Source of the DNA: Octopus vulgaris | Taxonomy: Eukaryota | DNA length: 64,000 nt | Reading direction: 5' to 3' | Assembly (NCBI GenBank): GCA_951406725.2 | Contig: OX597821.1 | Location: forward strand, 52,948,001-53,012,000 | The notes under the pieces: model-generated | What the model saw: only the letters and a program-made list of their open reading frames with translations | Database searches by the model: none | Told to the model about the DNA's origin: nothing | Program-made: the position numbers and the translations under genes | In this document: one piece after another, positions 27,821-42,364 of the stretch | Layout of the letters: each line of letters starts with the position of its first letter | Numbering within the stretch: the first letter of the stretch is position 1

Positions 27821-28085
27821 TGGCGCTAGGAAGGATATCCAGCCGTAGAAACCATGCCACAACGGAGGTCCCTGCTAGTCAAGCCCATGTCAGATCGTGC
27901 AACCCATACCAGCATGGAAAGTGGGCGATGATGACGATCTCTTATCTTTTATCTCTTACTTGTTTCAGTTATTAGACTGCGGCCATGCTGGAGCACGGCT
28001 GAGGCAAGGCGTTGAATTTTTAGCGGAATTAATCGAGCCCAGTACTTATTTTTTAAGCCTAGTACCTATTTTAACGGTCTCTGTT
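27820..28085. mobile_element. Retroposon 3' tail fragment (+) joined tail-to-tail to a SINE A-like 3' end (-)
   Basis: ccagccgtagaaaccatgcc..aacccataccagcatggaaag..gatgatgacgat tail, then ttacttgtttcag..gactgcggccatgctggagcac as in SINE A. Confidence 0.55.
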
Positions 28086-28289
28086 TGTCTGACTGTCTGT
28101 GTGTCTGTCTGACTATCTCCCTCTCACACTCATACACGTCGGATATTGCCTCAACTTTAGCACTCAAATATTACTTAATTTATTGATCTCCGAAAGAATT
28201 CCACATCCGAACGCAAAGCCGGATATGCTGTTAAACATTTTGTCTGACGCGTTAACAATTCTGCCAGCTAGCTGACTTTTATCACTGTA

Positions 28290-28601
28290 CTAGCAGTATC
28301 GCCCGGCGTTGCTCAGGTTTGTAAGGGAAATAACTATAAAGCATTTTTAGAGAGTTATAGCCAAAAAATAGCAAAAAAATGGAAAAAAATTATGGTAAAT
28401 TTTTTTTTGAGATTTAAAAAAGGTGGAGTTGCATCCCCTAGACAGTTTGTGGTTCGTGTTTCTGATTCTCGACCCCATGTCGAATTTATCGATTTTTTTC
28501 AAGTTTCATCAGAATCGGTTGAAAGCCGTGGTCAGGGTGAGGGTACGAGAAAACAGACACAGAAACACACACAGACAAACTGCCGTTTATATATAGAGAG
28601 A
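28290..28601 (-). mobile_element. Non-autonomous Helitron
   Basis: Minus strand begins A|TCtctctatatataaac and ends cctgagcaacgccgggcgatactgCTAG|T: 5' TC, subterminal GC hairpin, 3' CTAG, A-T insertion site, no TSD. Confidence 0.8.
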
Positions 28602-29297
28602 TAATTAATGTAGCTTATGACAGAATACTCTATCACATAATCAATGTCCATGAAAACATCAGAAGGTATTTTTTTATTCCACCACTGACACTCTCACAAT
28701 TTATATTTGTAAGAGGAGGAGAGGTAACAGCCATGGTCACTTTTTAGAAACTCCAAGAATGATGAAGTGAAAGAAGGTAGATATCCGTGCACTAAAGATC
28801 CGGACAGAATGTTTAGAACACATTTATTGGCCCCCAAAAGCTTGATGATGGTGGTAAGCAAGTTGACCGATTAAGGCTATCCTCCACCCACAACAGAAAG
28901 CTAGGACAGAAAACTTCAGTGTATTTCCATCCAGTATATTTACACCGAAAAACAATTTTATCAATTTAAGACTTTGGAAAACCTCACTAACTCCATGTTC
29001 CACGTAGTGGAATCAAACCTGCAACTAGTTTGTCACAAAACAAACCACCATGCCTGTAATTAGGAGAATGGTCATACAATGGAAGAGTTTGTTAGTTGTT
29101 CCCTTCAGAGTAATTTCTGTTCTTTCTACGATAAAAGGTTAGAGAACCAAAAACAGGAATCTATATTGTGTCGTACGTTTCCTGACATTCTCGAATCAAA
29201 GTCTGTAGACAATAACACTTAATGCGAATGCTATCATGTATATACGAGCCATGATCGTGCCATTGTAACGTATTTGTTTTCAATTTCAAATGAATGC

Positions 29298-29299
<2 letters not shown>

Positions 29300-29393
<94 letters not shown>

Positions 29394-29444
29394 TGATATA
29401 TGTATACATATATATATATATATATATATATATGATATATATGT

Positions 29445-29524
<80 letters not shown>

Positions 29525-29640
29525 ACATATATATAAGAATGTATGTATATGTATGTCTGTATATGTGCATATAAATGAATATATATACTTACTTACACAT
29601 ACATATATATGTGTGTGTATATATATATATATATACAAAT
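29300..29640. repeat. Long (TA)n compound microsatellite
   Basis: Direct reading. Confidence 0.95.
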
Positions 29641-30865
29641 ATAAATGTGTTGTATGTGTGTGTGGGAGAGAAAGGAGGAGAGAGAGAGTGAAAGAGGGCG
29701 GAAAGAAGGAGATGTATATTGAGAAAATGATACCTTGGGGAGGGGAATGAAGACAGAGTATGTCTCTAGAGATGATAGAGTATTTAGTACTTACATACGT
29801 TACGTCTCTAGACACTTGCGCTTATGCAATCCTACACATACATGGGCATGTACAAAGAAGTACTACACATAAGTAGATGTATATAGATACACGTTCCTAT
29901 ACATATATAGACTTACTGACTTATAGCACTCAGACCAGAGTATATAAAGTTTATTTGAAAAAAAAAACTAAACTTTTCAGCTCTTATTCTGTCATATAAA
30001 CCAAAATAGTTTCTTCGTTATTTTATAATTATATTATGGTCATATTTCATCATCATCATCATCATCATGTTTGCTCTCACCAAGCATTAGCATCTCAATC
30101 TTCCTTGTACTATCCTTATATATTGACTGCATTTTATATCTGTCCAGTCCTTGATGTTATCCATCCACGTAATTCTTGGTCTTCTCTCTTGCTATTCATT
30201 CTACTACTTAACTTACTAATGAGATTTCGTTACTCTGCGTAGAGCAGTCGTTAGTTTTGAGATGCACTAAGGGAAACAACAACAAAAACACAACAACAAC
30301 AACAAAACAACGACAGCAACATCAAAAAGAAGTCCCATCACCGCCACCAATATGATTACCAACAACATCATCATCCACAGCATTATCTAATAATATCCAC
30401 AAACCACAGGGATCCATGCTATCACTTCACCTCCAATTATCGACGGTATTCCATACATCCATCCAGAAATTGTAAATTACGAGGGATTTATTTGTTATTT
30501 GTTGTCAGCTGAGTGGCAGCAGATTAAATTTGCCGAATATAAGAATATCTATATCGTTGATAGCGAAATATCTATATTTGCGTTGTTTCATACGTGGGAG
30601 CAATTCAAAAATATGGGAAGAAGATTGTCTTGTAACTGGGGAAAAAGTGTTCATCGTTTTTTTATTTGGTTGAATATTTACATAGAAAGATAGAATGTCT
30701 TTCTCTGAAACTTTATATAACTGAAAGAAGACATTTTGGCCACGGGTTTTTAGAGTGCGGTATTATATGTAGTTAAAAAGTGATAAGAATATGTTTAACG
30801 CCAGGTTAGCTTTGATAGAGAGAACACCTGATCAAACGTGTCCCAGTCAAACGAATCCAGGGTAG

Positions 30866-30990
30866 CTAACTATATACATAAATGGCAGTCTCTGTCTGTT
30901 TCTGGTGTGTGTGAATTTGTTACTTAAACTCTTCCGAGACGATCCAACCGATCTTGATGAAACTTGCGGCCACTTACGTACGTGGAATTT
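30866..30990 (+). mobile_element. Degenerate 5' part of a related Helitron
   Basis: ctatatacataaatggcagtctctgtctgt..caaccgatcttgatgaaactt resembles the 5' end of 28290-28601. Confidence 0.5.
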
Positions 30991-31286
30991 CAAAACAATC
31001 GAATATTTTTTAATTGGCATCGACTTTTCAACAATCAATAGCAGATTTCAATGCAAATTCTAATATCAACGTTATTTTCTGCCTTAACTTTTAAAGTTTT
31101 CAACTTGTTTTCATGGAATTTTATACGCAGACGGAATATGGGCTGAAGAAGGGTTACAACAAATACATTTTTCCCTACGCCACTCAAGCAAAGAGAAAGA
31201 TGATTTTTGATTAACTGATCAACGACATTTGGCCAAAATTGTTGTGGGATTAAAATGTTCAATTATTTCGAATATATATATATATA

Positions 31287-31550
31287 TACAATAATATGTT
31301 ACATTACTCGATAGTCAAGACAAAACTCAGAGTTTCAGATGCCGAAGTGGAAATCCACAACAACATCTCTTCGGTTATCTGGCTATTTGAAAACGCTATG
31401 AAAAAATACCGTTATATAAAGGGAAATTACTGTGTTATAACTCTGCTTTATCTTGACTATCGAGTAATGTAACATATTATTGTATAGATAAATTTCCTCT
31501 ATTTAAATAATATTGAGGTCTCTTTCTTTTGTTATCTTACCGTTTTACCA
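31287..31550. mobile_element. Short head-to-head inverted HHR element within (TA)n
   Basis: Perfect 34-bp inverted repeat tacaataatatgttacattactcgatagtcaaga (31287-31320 and 31451-31484); the right arm extends further; (TA)n on both sides. Confidence 0.8.
31318..31380 (-). ncRNA. Type-I hammerhead motif (C4 core variant)
   Basis: agataa-CCGAAGA-gatgttg..cggcatc t-GAAA-ctctgag-TT-ttgtct; 6-bp stem I and 7-bp stem II. Confidence 0.7.
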
Positions 31551-32469
31551 ATATATATATATATATATATGCATGTGTGTATGATTGTGGGTGTGTGTGC
31601 AAGGACAACGAAACTTAAACCAGCAACCCTCCTATTCTCAGAGAATTCCAAAGGGTTCTATTTGCTTTAACAACCACCTAAGAGGGGTCCCACTGACCCA
31701 AATTTTTACTGCATTTACCTCACCCCTACGTTTATTGATTATACTATGACCAACATCAGTGCTGAGCACATTTGCAGAAGTACGTTTAACCATACAAGGG
31801 TAGAGGGCCACAAAGCGGCTCGAAGGCCTCAAAGATTCAACCCATAGCACTTAACCTGAATGCCGCCCATCGGACAGCTTCAAGGCTAGTATATATATAT
31901 ATATCATTATAAATTAGGGTATATAGGAGATACCACCATGCTAAAAATAGCAGCTATGATCTGACTTTAAAACCAAATAAATTGTCCATATATCAACATG
32001 GAGAAAAATAAAGAGATATCTGTCTTTGCATTTATGAATGCTTTGCCTCGTCAGTACAAAATCTGGATCTAGAATCATCCAGTAATAATTTACTAGTTTC
32101 ATCTTGTCTTGCAAATATGTGAATGAAAATTATGTTCAGACCTCTACATTGCAGGTAGACCTTGCAGAAATAGCAACCAAATCTTCCTCAAAACACCCTA
32201 CTGTCTTAATCCGACTATTCTGCCTATTATGTAGTTTGAATGAAAAACTGTAACTAAAGTTTAAGGTTATTAACTCCACAAAGAGTTGAAAGAAGAGAGA
32301 AAGCATAATATAAATTTTGGCTGACTGTCATCCTTGTTGCTATTGAAATGGTATATGCCAGCTATGTGAGCAACTGATTGTTTTATATATATATAAATAT
32401 TTCATATATATATATATATATATAGCTCTCAGAAATATATATATATATGTATGTATGTATGAATGCTTG

Positions 32470-32880
32470 TTTACTCTTTTCCTTGTTTCAGTCATTTGAC
32501 TGTGGCCATGCTGGATCACTGCCTTTAGTCGAGGAAATCTAGCCCAGTACTTATTCTTTGTAAGCTTAGTACTTATTCTATCGGCCTCTTTTCGCCTTAC
32601 TGCTAAGTTACGGGACGTAAACACACCAGCATCGGTTGTCAAGCGATGTTGGGGTGGGAACAAACACAGACACACAAACACACATATATATACATATATA
32701 CGTCGAGCTTCTTTTAGTTTCTGTCTACGAAATCCACTCAAGGCTTTGGTCGGCCCGAGGCTATAGTAGAAGACACTTGCCCAAGGTGTCACGCAGTGGG
32801 ACTGAACCCGGAGCCATGTGGTTGGTAAGCAAGCTACTTACCACAAATCCACACCTTTGCCTCCACACAGCCACTCCTAT
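32470..32880 (-). mobile_element. SINE family A, full length
   Basis: Colinear with the other copies. Confidence 0.88.
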
Positions 32881-33002
32881 ATATATAGGCAAACATACAG
32901 AAGCGCACAATTTTATTTAGAAATATCACAGCATATGTAAAAGGGAATATTTTTGCATCTGACTCACACACACAAAGGCGCGCGGACACATACACGTTTC
33001 TG

Positions 33003-33034
<32 letters not shown>

Positions 33035-35334
33035 AATGTGTGTGTGTGTGTGTATGCATACATGATAAACGTTTTTTACCAATCTAAGTGATGTGCTGTA
33101 TATTAAGTAATCGTAATTGCACAGTGATTATCTTAAATCTATATCCATATTTAGCGAATCTATGAACTATAGCCCTGATAAAAAAAAACACAGAAATTAT
33201 TTTATTTTTATGTTTACGTCAGTACATTATTCAGTAAAATTTTCTAATGAGCCATTACTCACAATTGATTTCCCGTATGTTTTCTTCTATTTAATTATCT
33301 CCTTGTTTTCTGAATGTCGCTTCTGATGGCTTTAACAGCAAGACCGATTGGAAATATATGTTTCTTCTTATGGCAAAGCAGATAAACCAAAATGAATTAG
33401 TGACTTGAAATATGGCAATGCAATTAACGGAAAGACATTTACATTTTTATGACTATATAAATTAAGGTGAGTGTTACAATTGGTAGAGTTGATTGGTTGA
33501 TTTAGAATACCTAAGAGTCGTTGATTTATATTATGTCAGCATCAATGAATTTCTATTCGGCAGAAGAACTCTTCACATTGATACAACGGATTAAGAACAT
33601 TTTAAATCTAATCAGCAGTCACATGGACAATCAATAAATGCGATACTAATGGTAATGCAAACTCTTCCGCTCTTGTGGTTATAACAAACAGGTGGTCCTT
33701 CATAAATATATTGCTTCAAAGAGATGATCAGTATTCATAATCTGTGCTTGTGATTGAAGTGTTTTCATTGCTAGCAAGTTTTAATGGTGAAGCGATTCGC
33801 TTCACATTTAAGAAGCTCCTTAGTCCGATCCCATGTGACGTGGTTTACACAAACGTCTTTAATCATTCAACTTCAACGTTGTGAGGAGAACTGAGTAAGG
33901 AGAAACTCTGTGGAGGCCGGTCGGTTGAACTCTATTTGTAATTTAAAAGAGCAGCCTGCCCCTTATTGTGTTAAGCTGACTTTGCACGAGAAATACGTGA
34001 AGGACACAAATGTCTTCAGAATAATAAGCTATATACGCATAAATTCAAGCAGAAGATACTTCAGTCGACAAACAAACTGGAATAATCATAGACAAAACCC
34101 ACTTAATTAAATATATTTTACATATTATACTGGCGCATAAAACTGTGACAATTATGTAAAATGTTATGTAGCAATGATGTAAATCATATAAAATGTCGTT
34201 ATATGGCAAGTCACATATCTCAGATGTATAAATACTAGGATAATGTAAAGTGCAGATCAGTCTACCAGAGAGTCAACCTTATTTATTAATGTATGGTCAC
34301 CCGAAAAGTTTATCAAGCATTGAGAAAATCAATGGTGAAAAGATGAACGAGTGAGAGAGAAAAATATTGAAACTAGCTCCATTGGTGTCCATCTTTGATC
34401 CGTTATTTTTCCTACACTTGCTCATTCATTGATGTCACCACAGTTCGGGTTTATTGCTGAACAACGCTTGTATGGAAATAGATTTTGAATATTCTTTAGC
34501 ACAATGTTTGTATCCATAAAAAAACTAAGATGTGTATTCGCAAGGAAACCTATGGGACACTTCAAAAACATACACATACACACACAAGCACACGCGCGCG
34601 CAAACACTCACACACATATTCACGTATAAGACACACACAAACACACATACATAAAATACATTTGCATTTTTAGATGTACAGACATGTTCCTTGTATAAAT
34701 TGAAGCTCGTCAATGAACCAACATATGTTACATTTCTCGTTAGGCCAATGCTATTATTGCAGCTTAATCGCTATATACTTTTTGAAATATTTGTAATTTT
34801 GTCGCATTATGTTCTTGTCATATACAAACTAAAACACCACACCCAAAAGTTTGGGGACATCTGCAAATAAGGGTCTTACAATGGATATGATTACAGAAAG
34901 CTGTCAATTCGTAGTTGTTTCACCTGTGTGGGAAACTAAATACAAAAAAGTTCAGTCTCAGAATTTAAACACACAGAAAATTGTTTCTCAAGTCAGATAT
35001 ATTTGATATTAGTTTAATTACTACTTGAGCATACTGAAAGGATTGGTAACGCAAACAAACTGTATTAGGACTAATACATACTTGTGAACAGAATTAAAAA
35101 AATAATCAATATATTGAATAAAAACATTTCACAGAATCAATAACATTGATTAACAAAAGAAACTTATGTCAAACAAAATCCGTCTGCTCACAGATAATAA
35201 AACTAATTTAAGAATACAAAAGTACAATCAAATACCGTAGAATGTAATAGACAGCTAGTGCTTATTTACCGAAATGATATCTCATTGAGTAGAGTAAAAT
35301 AAATCCTGATAAATATTCTTCATAATTTTAACCG

Positions 35335-35527
35335 AAGGCCAGTAATTTTGAAATGGTGATGGAGTAAATTACATCGATCCCAGTGATCACTGCTACAATC
35401 TTATCGACTCCTGAAAAGAGGAAATGCAAAGCTGGCCTTGGCGGAATCTGAACTCAGAATGTAAAGAGCTGCGAGAAATGCCACTAAGAGTTTTATCCGA
35501 TAGGCTACCGATTCTTTCAGTTCGCCA
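35335..35527 (-). mobile_element. SINE family B, degenerate
   Basis: Reverse complement resembles 43928-44160 (ggcgaactg..aatcggtag..ttctgagttcagattccgcc). Confidence 0.65.
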
Positions 35528-37333
35528 TGAAATTAGTAAATATTAACTAAGGCGTTGTAACTAGTACCCCACAACGGCAATAAATGTAATTACGTTGTGT
35601 TTGAGCTGTGAGGCTGCTAAACCTGAATATATATGATAATCTGTTTTAAACAGGATAAAAAGTTTCTGAAGAATAACTGTATATGATGTATAAATGATTA
35701 AATGGAATCGACAGAAAAACTAGTTTTTATTCCACTCGAAATCCAAAAGAGTGATTACATAAGAGAGAATTTTTTTTTTAATTCGTAACAAATGTGAGCA
35801 TAAAATTTAAAGTGTAAATATGTTTTATATCAGTCTACACATTTTTGAAATATAATTTCCATCTTAGTAGACGTACATCAATTTCAATAAACGTAAACGG
35901 CTAGAATAAATGTCTCTGTGCATTTCGTCCGGCCTAGTAACGTTTTGGCATTTCGTCTGGCCTAGTAACGTTTTTGCAAGCTTTCTGAAATAATACGTGA
36001 CATAGGTAGAAAGAGTATTCTAGAGAGTAATTTATAATCTCTAGAAAGGTGAAACTAAGACGTGGTATAAAGTTCTTAATATACAAAGAGAGTTCGTGAA
36101 GTAATGAAATTCTAAGTAATCCATCACATAGGAAAGGTAATCTCAATAAATCTTTACAAAGATTGGAAAAAATAAAATGCAACGGCTTCTCTAAGTGGTT
36201 GCTTAACATGCAAGAAGCACATCATCAAAGCCCGCTATCCTAAACAAAGTAGTACATATATGTTAATATAGTCCTACCTATACATAAATAACAAAAAATG
36301 TATGCTTTGAAAACGTTTCGGGAGACGTATTCAGAATGAAGTGTGATCTGAGCGGAATTATCTATCCATCTACTCCCACTACGTTTTCGGAGTAGGGGGT
36401 TGGGGTCATTGCAACAGAGTCTTCAGACATATCCTCCATAGAGCACTACCGAAAGCAATCAATATTAGATTTCCCGGCTGGATTTCTAAGGGTAATAAAC
36501 AGAGATTATAGACATATTCCAACCATTTCCTTGCACTATCACTAGATCCCCTGCTGTACGGGTCGGCTTGGAGAATCCGTCTGGCGACTGTATCCTGGAG
36601 TATTATAACCACACGTCCATAGTCCTGGAGCTATGATAGTTAATTGCGGAGGATTAGTAGGTAATTATAGAAGTAGTGACACCTCGATTTCCGGGATACA
36701 CACACACACTCTATCGCATAATCTTATTCCAGAGATCTCCCGAAAGACTCTCATTTCAGCCACTTGTATTCACGATCTTACTCTTTTGTTCATTAGCTAA
36801 TAGTCATAACTGCACGTAAAAAGTGTTGTTTGACCAACCTCTGCCCTTCTGAAGATTAAATGCTTGAGCGGGAGCATTGCCGTGCCAGTACCTGTAATTT
36901 TAGCATCCAGTTCAGCCTTCCACATTCCATCAGTGTGGAACATTCAGAAATATATATATTCTCTAAAAGAAACAGCATAATTTAAAAGGTTTCAGCTATA
37001 TTATACTTATATTTCATATCTGAGCGAACGCTATGAACAGCATCTGTCGAACATTTGTATAATCTTTTTAATTTAAAAGCAAATTTATTTTAGAAGCTAT
37101 TTCCTATTTATTCAGGCATATGTTCACTATCCAGCTTGGCTGCATCTTTATTATATACGCATATTAATATTTATAAATATAACAATTTTATACGTACTTA
37201 CAAATGAATTTATAAGTGTGCATATGCACACGACTTTAGCTATGTATGAGTGTGTGTCTATACATATGTGTGTACATGATTGCATCAATACACACGCCCA
37301 TATATATACACATACACACACACACACACACAG

Positions 37334-37364
<31 letters not shown>

Positions 37365-37372
37365 TATATTAT

Positions 37373-37660
37373 ATTAGAGACAAAACCACTATTAGGCAAA
37401 TAATACAATGAAAAACTTAAGCCAATACATAAGATTATTTAATTTATATCATTTAAATATATAACAAAATTATTAAAAAAATATAATTAATATATCACTA
37501 CGATCGTTTCATGACTATTAATTTCTTTAAATTTTCGAGTTACAGTCATTCATCAGGTGGTTTAAGTATCTAAAATATAATCAATATTTTTAAGATATAA
37601 ATAATATATATAATATAATATAATAATTTTCCTGTAAGTTTGGATTTATTCCCTAATATT
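37373..37660 (-). mobile_element. AT-rich PLE-like element with HHR between (TA)n tracts
   Basis: Weak terminal inversion (tattagagacaaaacc / ggatttattccctaata) and a canonical HHR inside. Confidence 0.6.
37494..37561 (-). ncRNA. Type-I hammerhead ribozyme motif, canonical core
   Basis: accac-CTGATGA-atgact..agtcat-GAAA-cgatcg-TA-gtgat; 6-bp stem II, palindromic loop III, GUA site. Confidence 0.8.
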
Positions 37661-37663
37661 TAT

Positions 37664-37697
<34 letters not shown>

Positions 37698-37989
37698 TAT
37701 ATGAGTCATTTTAATGGTAGAATTTGAAATACATATATCTATGATTTATAGCGTGTAAATTATTGCGTTAAGATGAAGGTGTGATAACAAAAATGACATG
37801 AACAATGTGTGTCTGTGTGTGTTTATATGTGTGTGTGTATACGTGCATCTCGTCCACAGCTGGAGCATTGCTCGAATTGAGGTGTTATGCTGAATCCCTG
37901 CTATTACGTATATGATGATCCAGGTATCAAATGAGCCCAATGTGAAGATCGTTCCGATGCCTTTCTCTGGCTGGGAAGGATAGGCAGTG

Positions 37990-38324
37990 TTTATCTCTCT
38001 GGTGCCTTCACGTGGAAAGGAAGATGAGTTGAGAGAAAGAAGGACTGCATTTTAGGAAATTTCCAGGAGCATGGAAATTAAACAACCCTTATTCAGGGAC
38101 ATTTTGAGTGGGATGAGTTACTCGACCAGAAGAAAATTCTAACTGGGCTCCACCTGCAAGGTCATGTGCTGTTTATCGTGATATGAGATCACCATGTCGC
38201 GCACATATGGTTGTGATGCATGTGCTCAGTGTGCCCTTATTAGACGGGTAGTCATAATGGGTATGCTGGGCTTCGTATATTTCACCCCAGTGTCACTTTG
38301 ATGGTATGCACTGCTCTCTCACTC

Positions 38325-38397
<73 letters not shown>
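37990..38397 (+). mobile_element. Probable retroposon 3' portion with a (TAA)n tail
   Basis: GC-richer block ending ..gcactgctctctcactc directly followed by about 70 bp of (TAA)n. Family identity is inferred only. Confidence 0.5.
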
Positions 38398-41300
38398 GAC
38401 CCTGTTTGTTTTGTTTTATTTTTGTTATAATTGTATGATTATTTTCCCCTAGCTTTTTTAGCCGATAGGCGTTAGTCCATTATGTATGTAGAATTCTATT
38501 TCATATGTTACGTTCGTCCGATAGTCAAAACTCCCTTTCTATCGTTTACGTATTTGTTTTCGTATATATAAATTCGTTTCCCTTTGTCAGGGGCCTAATG
38601 CTTAAGTCCCTGACCCAACCAGTTCCGAGTAGTATCGGAGACAAATGTGCGGAACTACATGGACATTCCCGACTCCAACTAAAGAGTTAATTGGCTGCAA
38701 ATGACCCATGTATCTTGTTTTGCCGTGTTTGCCGTTGTCGTGCTATCGTTCTTTTATTCGCATGTTGTTCTTTGACGGTTTCCGTTTGTTGCGTTTTTTT
38801 CGTTTCTTCTTTGATTTATACATGCAGCGCTACGTACAAGTTGTAGTTTACTCTGTTAAAAAAACATAATTCTTGAATGTATATATACATATGGGTGAAA
38901 TTATAACATAAGCTGATAAAACAAATAGTTAGTCTCAATGTTAGCATACTTCTGTGGATCCTTAAAATTCAAAATTGTATCAGAATATCCTTGAATAAAG
39001 ATTTCTCAATGAAAGGAAACCCAATCAAATCGAGGTTCCCTAATTAACTTCTAAGAAATTTATTGGAAATCTGTTTGAAATCTATTTCAAATATATTAGA
39101 AACAACATCTAATTGACGACAATAACAAATATTGTTTGACTAGATTCTTTGTATAGTCCTTTGTTCTCTAGATTGATTAGGCAAGTCTCACGAAGACCAG
39201 GTTTGAGTACCGTATATTAATGATTCAATTTATTTCAGTTTGTATAGTATAAAACATTTCTTCTGTTACAATGAATCAATAAAATAATAGCTCATCACCC
39301 TCACCACACACATTTAGGCAAATATATGTATATATTTGTATGTATATGAGTGTGCTTGCGGATGGGTGGATGTTTTACGTAAGAACAATACATATACAAA
39401 AAGTTTTATCTTTCTATCGTGGTCTTAAGTACCACGTTGTTCACAATACTTCTCTCAGCCTGTAAGAGTTCTAATACTCAAGATAATGTAAATATTTGCA
39501 TTGTAGCCATAAATATGCTAGTATAATTTACTTTGGAGACATATCCAGGAAATTTAGCTGGGAAGAGCAAGATAAATGAATGCATCAATGGATTTTCTGA
39601 ACTGAATAAAAGAAGTGTATATTTTCTTTTGGTTGTTGTCATACTAATTTATTGTTTTTGTTGACATTGTAATTGTTCTTAATTTTGCTATTGATGTAGT
39701 TACAATTTTTTGCTGGTAGACCCATTTGTATACCGTTGTTGTTATAATTGTGTTATAGTTGCTTTTATGTTCATTAAATTAAAGTCATTGTTATTTCTCT
39801 TTGTTAAATTATATCCATTGATAAATCGGTTTTGCGTTAAACGAATTATATGTAGCTGTACCGAATATATTTCAGTATTTATATTTAACACTCTGTGATA
39901 TGAGTGCTAAATCTCACTCGCAATATACACGAGATGTTGTCGAGGTAACATAACCACAAGTCAGCCCTATTCAAGCAGGATTATAAATCAAAACCACTCC
40001 AGTTGTACGCATCGAATTTTTGTCTCCAAGCACTGTGCATCCAGATCTACACTCTGTTATATATTTCTAGTTCTTTTGCTTGACGTCAGAGATGCAATTT
40101 GGCAAGAATATAGCTATAACTTTTAGCAAATTAGGCGACAACGTTGGGCAATCTCCTGTCAGAGAAACGCAACTGAAATACAAATTGTGACATGAACAGA
40201 AATAATTTCTATTATAAATGTATTTCCAATTATTGCTACTTTTCAAACCCCGCCGAGATCAACTTTGTATTTGCTTTATAAAGTAAAATGATGTCCATGT
40301 TAATGGATGATACACCACCTCAAAAAGTGAGGTCTAATTGACTGAATCTTTACACCATAGGATAAATGTCTCCACGTTCCTTAGCTTCTGATTTCGAATC
40401 CCGCCAATGTCGGCCTGAAGTTGGTTAAAATAAAGTACAACTCCAATGTGTAGATTGATATAGTCAGTGACAGCCACCATATGGCTTATGCAGCGTTGCA
40501 CTTACATTAAAATCAATATCATTATCTCTTCAAAAAGTAGTCGAGAGCAGCATGAGTAGAGCATTGGCAAGATAATGGTAGCTGATTGCAGAATAGCGAT
40601 GAAACATGGAAGAATATTTCTTGTATCATTTAGTTACGACCTTGTAAGCTCTTTGAACTCCGTCAAAGTAATCTTTGTCTTTCAACATCTCGATTTTGTA
40701 CTGAACAAATTTGGAGGCTAATGGAATTAATGTTATCGCTCTCAAATATATGTGATATTGTACATCTCTTAGAAATATTTATACTTTTCAGCACTGGGAA
40801 TGGCAGATCATGACAATAAAATTTTTTTTTTTTGTTAAAATATCTTTATTTCGATTCTATGATCTATGTGGTGAAGAATTACTTTTCATTCATCCGAGAT
40901 CATCAAAATAATTTACCAGTCCGCTACAGCTGTCTCTTTGATTGTAAAGAAATACTTAATATTGGCTCTGTAATTTATTCCTTGTTCCATTGATGTTTTG
41001 TCATTAACTCTGCATAACTGAGCTAATGTCGTATAGGTTAAGGTCAGCTCTGAACCAAAGAATTTATGATTAATGTCATCCTTTATTCCATTCCCAAAAG
41101 TATTTTTGAAGAGAAATTTGTTTGTTAAGTTTAGCAGGTTGACAAATTTCATAGAGTTTCACATACACGCTGAATTGAGTCAATGTTAATGAAACTTTTC
41201 AGAACAAATCAAATTCAGTAGCACATTGGTGAAAATGACTTGCGATGTTGAGACATCGAACTTTTATCTGCTAAGTCGAAGTTGCCTTTGCATTTTATCC

Positions 41301-42364
41301 TTACGAGATGAAGAAAATACCTGTCAGCTACTGGGATCAATATAATTGACTATTTCTTTCCCTTTAATTAGTAGACTATATATCTATGTTAAAAATCAAT
41401 ATAATTACCATGGATATAATGATTACTAATGAAGTAGTTAGCATTGCTGCTCTTCCAGATACTGATGTGATGATGATTGCTACTGACACCACTACTACTA
41501 CTACAACAACAACAACAACAACAACAACAGAATTAGTTGTGAAAACTGCTATTTATTCAACACTGAAGCGGTTCGTTGTGTCACATTAGCTTATTATACA
41601 GACCATATGAATATCATTTTAGATTTATTGAACAGACTTGAATCAATACACCTTTTCGTAATTCGACCATTATCAGCTGATGTTGCTTCTTCGTAGACCT
41701 TTAACCAACATTAATCATGCAAGAAATTAAAGTGGTCTTAAGAGCAGCACGTATATAATTTGATTGGCATATTTAGCGTTGGAATTATTGGTGTGTTAAT
41801 AATATACTGTGTTTATGAGAGGAAATGCCATTCAGAAACTATGACCAAACCGAGATTGTGGTGTTTTCCCGTTTACTGCATTCAGTCAACCTATTATAAT
41901 TCATATTTATTGCAGTTATACTTCACTTACGTCACACATGTTCTTAGCAAACGCACGAACCACCCAACTTTGATATATTATTCACCTGTATCTAAAAGTT
42001 TATAATTATAGAAAATTATAAAACAGTTAATACTAATATTTGAGACAGGTTTCTTTATCAATCTTTTTTATTATATGAATATATTTTTATGATAGTTTCA
42101 TCATAAAAGAGATGTGCATACAAGAAATATTGGAGATTGATTTAGACGTCAAATCTTTTCGTATTAGTGTAATAGATGAAGCGAACAACTAGGAATGGAA
42201 ACACAGTCGAAAAGGCGACGTATTTATATATGACAAATCTCAGTAAATCATAATGATTCTTTGCTATTAACTTTCATATCACAAGAGATTTGAAAGATGG
42301 CACTTATCTTCACACGGCTAAAAACCTAACGAAATCATCTTAGTTGTATTATTTAGCTATTTAA

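Noticed and set aside
31620-31890. GC-richer block considered as an HDV-like ribozyme or LINE 5' end
   Set aside because: Could not build the nested double pseudoknot by eye.
35920-35977. 28-bp direct duplication (similar small ones near 1800-1895 and 5310-5370)
   Set aside because: Ordinary local slippage duplications.
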